Below are positions 61,506 to 64,000 of a DNA stretch of 64,000 nt, piece by piece. Position numbers and translations under genes: made by a program. The notes beneath the pieces were generated by a model. That model did not search any database. It saw only the letters and a program-made list of their open reading frames with translations, and was not told where the DNA came from. Positions within the stretch are counted from its first letter, which is position 1; each line of letters opens with the position of its first letter. Source of the stretch: Gammaproteobacteria bacterium (lineage in GTDB: Bacteria; Pseudomonadota; Gammaproteobacteria; UBA4575); NCBI GenBank assembly GCA_965243395.1, contig CBDEUS010000002.1, positions 449,310-513,309 of the forward strand, read 5' to 3'.

Positions 61506-64000
61506 TTAATGTGAAATATCATTACGCTTATTTTGTGGTAGGGTAATATTTTCTACACAATAAACACAGCGCAATGCTTCTTGTTGCAACTGTCTAATAA
61601 CTTTCTTTGAAATTTTTCTATAAATGAATGCACTTTCTGGCTGAAACAGTATTTCTGCATACTGTGCAGAGAGTTGGCGCCCCAGCTCTATATTTAAACT
61701 ACGCGCATTACGAATGTAATTCCAATACATAACTGCTTGTTCGTCATTTATTTCTAATGCCATGCAAAATATTTTAAAAAACTTGAAATCTTTTGGTGCA
61801 TGCGGCTTAGTATCCCCATCAATTTTTAAATCTAACCAATAGTTGATACGGTCTGATCTACAATTATTAGCAGTCGTGTCGATATCGATCATTTTTTTAT
61901 GGATTACCTTCGCTAAAGTCGAACGTTTTTGTTCTTTAAAAATAATTTCGCAGCGATACTTGATATCTTCATGGTATATCTTAAGTAGGACACGTTGAGG
62001 ATAGACTTCTGAAGGTGAGCCATCGTTAGTAAGCTGCAAGACAGATTCAAGCTTAGTTCGAAGTTCATCATCCATTACAAATATAAAATCACCTTCCTCA
62101 ATTGAACGCGCATTGACTCGACGAAAAAATGGATCCTCATCAGCTTCATAGCGATATAGCATACCTGTGGCGTAATGATGAGAACCATCCTCCAATCCAA
62201 ATTTGAAGTATGTTTGATTGACTTTGTCATTTGAATTATTAACAGCTTCTAAATTGAACTGCATATTCATTTTGTGCAACTTTTCAATGTTCAGAGGATT
62301 TGGTATTTCGTTAAGTTTTAACGTCAGCTGTTGTATGAGTAATCCCATCCTTCCTCGATAAGGTCTAAAAACTTCTATCCCATTCATGCTTTTGAGAGTT
62401 ATTAATGTAGATTTAGCCTGCTTATAAGTAATTAATACTGATGTGCCATGAGGAATATCTGGGTGTGCGATTAAGCAACGTATTACATCAGAATTAACCC
62501 CAATAAATAAAAAATGGCAAGCTTCAAATTTTTCAGAAAGAACTTTGCGGACAGTAAGTAGCGTATGCCAATCTATATTTAATTTGACCGTTTCCCAATC
62601 ATTAGCAAGCTTTCGTTTTAAAAAGTTTTGCGCCAACTCAATATAATCGATGTTTGGTAAAACTATAAGAAGCTTTTTACGATCTTCGATTACATATTTT
62701 TTTACCTCACTGAAAAGCTTGGATGCCAAGGGAGTTGCGTCTGCCCACATATCAATGAGTTTTTCGGCTTTACTAATAGCCTCGTCTGCTTCTTTTCTTT
62801 TAGCATTAAGTTGTCCCGACTCGAGTACCTCTTGTAGTCCAATACGGACAGATGACCATGAATTTTTTTGATTTACAAATAGGTGGCCTTCCTTTGTTTT
62901 TGTTAATTTAGCTGTAAGATCACTGTAGCCTGCAGGCAGATTTGACAAACGCGCAATATAGCAACAAGCATTAATAACAGCTTCATAGCTTGAGCTCTCA
63001 TAGTTGCCTGCTTCTTTGGCAAGTCGTTGAAATGATAAAGCAACCTGAGACGCATCACGGTCGACAATATCTACTTTGAAATTTGCAAGACTCTTTTGCT
63101 CGGGCTTCCAGTCTGCTGAAAGAGCTTGGGGAGACAATATCGCATTAACCCTGTCAGATTCTGCAGCCCATATTTTCTCTTTATATTTTAATTTTAATTT
63201 TACTAGTTTATCTCGAAGTACAAAAAATGTTTTTGGATCGTCTGTGACAATTAAAGCACCACAATTTTCATATCCATTTTCAATAGCAACATTCAAAAAG
63301 TCAGGAATTTTCATAATAGATTTGTAGTTGCTTAGAGAAGTTGCATCAAGCAGAATAATTTCTGGCTGGTTATTCTCTTTTAATGCTTCTGATCCAAGAG
63401 AGTCTTCCCAATTGCTTTTGTTTGTGTTTTGAGGTAACACCATCATGGCACCAGGCGCATAAATTGGATTACCCCACTCGTCATTTACTTTCTCTCGTAA
63501 TATTCGCCGTCGTGCTAACTTATCAACCTTCTTAAGTGAACGTTCTAAAGGGAAGTTAGCCACTGTAGTCCAATCTTGTTGTTCTGGAACGTAAGTAAAT
63601 GCTGGTATGAGCTCGGCTAGAGATGGATCGTCCATCTCAGGATTATTTTCCCTAATATCATTCAGCGCTGTGAGCATTGCCTTGAATGATTTGGATTGTG
63701 TATGACACTCGAATTTAAGCCCCTCTTCTTCATTATGTACCCAAAGCGATCGAAACAAGTCGCTTAGTTGTTCTCGGTTCACTAAAGTAGATTGTAAAGA
63801 AATTCGGTATGTACGCTTTCCTGGATATAAGAGTGTTCTCATACCGCGCAAATCTTTTGCAAAGTTACGCTCAATGTTTGCTAGTGCATGCAGTAACGCA
63901 AGCCCGAAGAGACGTACGGGCCAGATAAGACACAAATTAATTTCGCCCTTTTCAGTAGTTTCTAATGTTAAATCAACTAATTCACTAGCCCATGGCTGTA
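61506..64000 (-). CDS. Large protein of unknown function, 5'-truncated by the window edge (>830 aa); DrmE-like position upstream of the helicase
   Basis: Reading frame stays open to position 64000 on the minus strand; no helicase, SNF2 or methyltransferase motifs in the visible 830 aa; 20-nt gap to the helicase start. Confidence 0.4.
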   Translation of the reverse strand, partial: QPWASELVDLTLETTEKGEINLCLIWPVRLFGLALLHALANIERNFAKDLRGMRTLLYPGKRTYRISLQSTLVNREQLSDLFRSLWVHNEEEGLKFECHTQSKSFKAMLTALNDIRENNPEMDDPSLAELIPAFTYVPEQQDWTTVANFPLERSLKKVDKLARRRILREKVNDEWGNPIYAPGAMMVLPQNTNKSNWEDSLGSEALKENNQPEIILLDATSLSNYKSIMKIPDFLNVAIENGYENCGALIVTDDPKTFFVLRDKLVKLKLKYKEKIWAAESDRVNAILSPQALSADWKPEQKSLANFKVDIVDRDASQVALSFQRLAKEAGNYESSSYEAVINACCYIARLSNLPAGYSDLTAKLTKTKEGHLFVNQKNSWSSVRIGLQEVLESGQLNAKRKEADEAISKAEKLIDMWADATPLASKLFSEVKKYVIEDRKKLLIVLPNIDYIELAQNFLKRKLANDWETVKLNIDWHTLLTVRKVLSEKFEACHFLFIGVNSDVIRCLIAHPDIPHGTSVLITYKQAKSTLITLKSMNGIEVFRPYRGRMGLLIQQLTLKLNEIPNPLNIEKLHKMNMQFNLEAVNNSNDKVNQTYFKFGLEDGSHHYATGMLYRYEADEDPFFRRVNARSIEEGDFIFVMDDELRTKLESVLQLTNDGSPSEVYPQRVLLKIYHEDIKYRCEIIFKEQKRSTLAKVIHKKMIDIDTTANNCRSDRINYWLDLKIDGDTKPHAPKDFKFFKIFCMALEINDEQAVMYWNYIRNARSLNIELGRQLSAQYAEILFQPESAFIYRKISKKVIRQLQQEALRCVYCVENITLPQNKRNDISH

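Larger units (their letters stand above)
51092..64000. mobile_element. Integrase-associated genomic island (att/tRNA fragment, integrase, HTH/AlpA-like genes, DISARM-like defence operon), continuing past the window end
   Basis: tRNA 3' fragment immediately next to a tyrosine recombinase, followed by accessory-type genes on the opposite strand; the right boundary is not within the window. Confidence 0.6.

Noticed and set aside
1-64000. CRISPR arrays
   Set aside because: No regularly spaced 25-40 bp direct repeats were seen anywhere in the window. The short repeats at 41470-41590 are irregular and sit within an ORF-like region.

Overview
This 64 kb window looks like a low-GC gammaproteobacterial chromosome segment. 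Roughly the first 51 kb is ordinary core genome: tsaP-like LysM gene, def-fmt, a DUF4390/ntrY/ntrX-like two-component module, trkA-trkH, pip, dtd, hisB-hisH-hisA-hisF-hisE, tatABC, gpmI, a porin, metY, a TlpA/DUF4266/DUF3570/ApbE cluster, patatin, aceE-aceF, ald, a PhoX-like phosphatase, rfbF plus a PIG-L deacetylase, an OmpR-type RR / PhnD-like SBP / HK triad, and a sigma-54 enhancer-binding protein with two near-identical sigma-54 promoters. At about 51.1 kb there is a 3' fragment of a tRNA(CAT) gene, followed directly by a tyrosine integrase, small HTH/AlpA-like genes and a tightly packed minus-strand operon. That operon encodes a PLD (HKD) nuclease, a Cys-rich DUF1998-like protein, a 1392-aa SF2 DEAH helicase and a large upstream protein truncated by the window edge. 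The gene order and sizes match a DISARM-like (drmE?-drmA-drmB-drmC) anti-phage system carried on an integrative island. No methyltransferase is visible inside the window. All calls rest on motifs read by eye in the supplied translations and on synteny; no searches were run.
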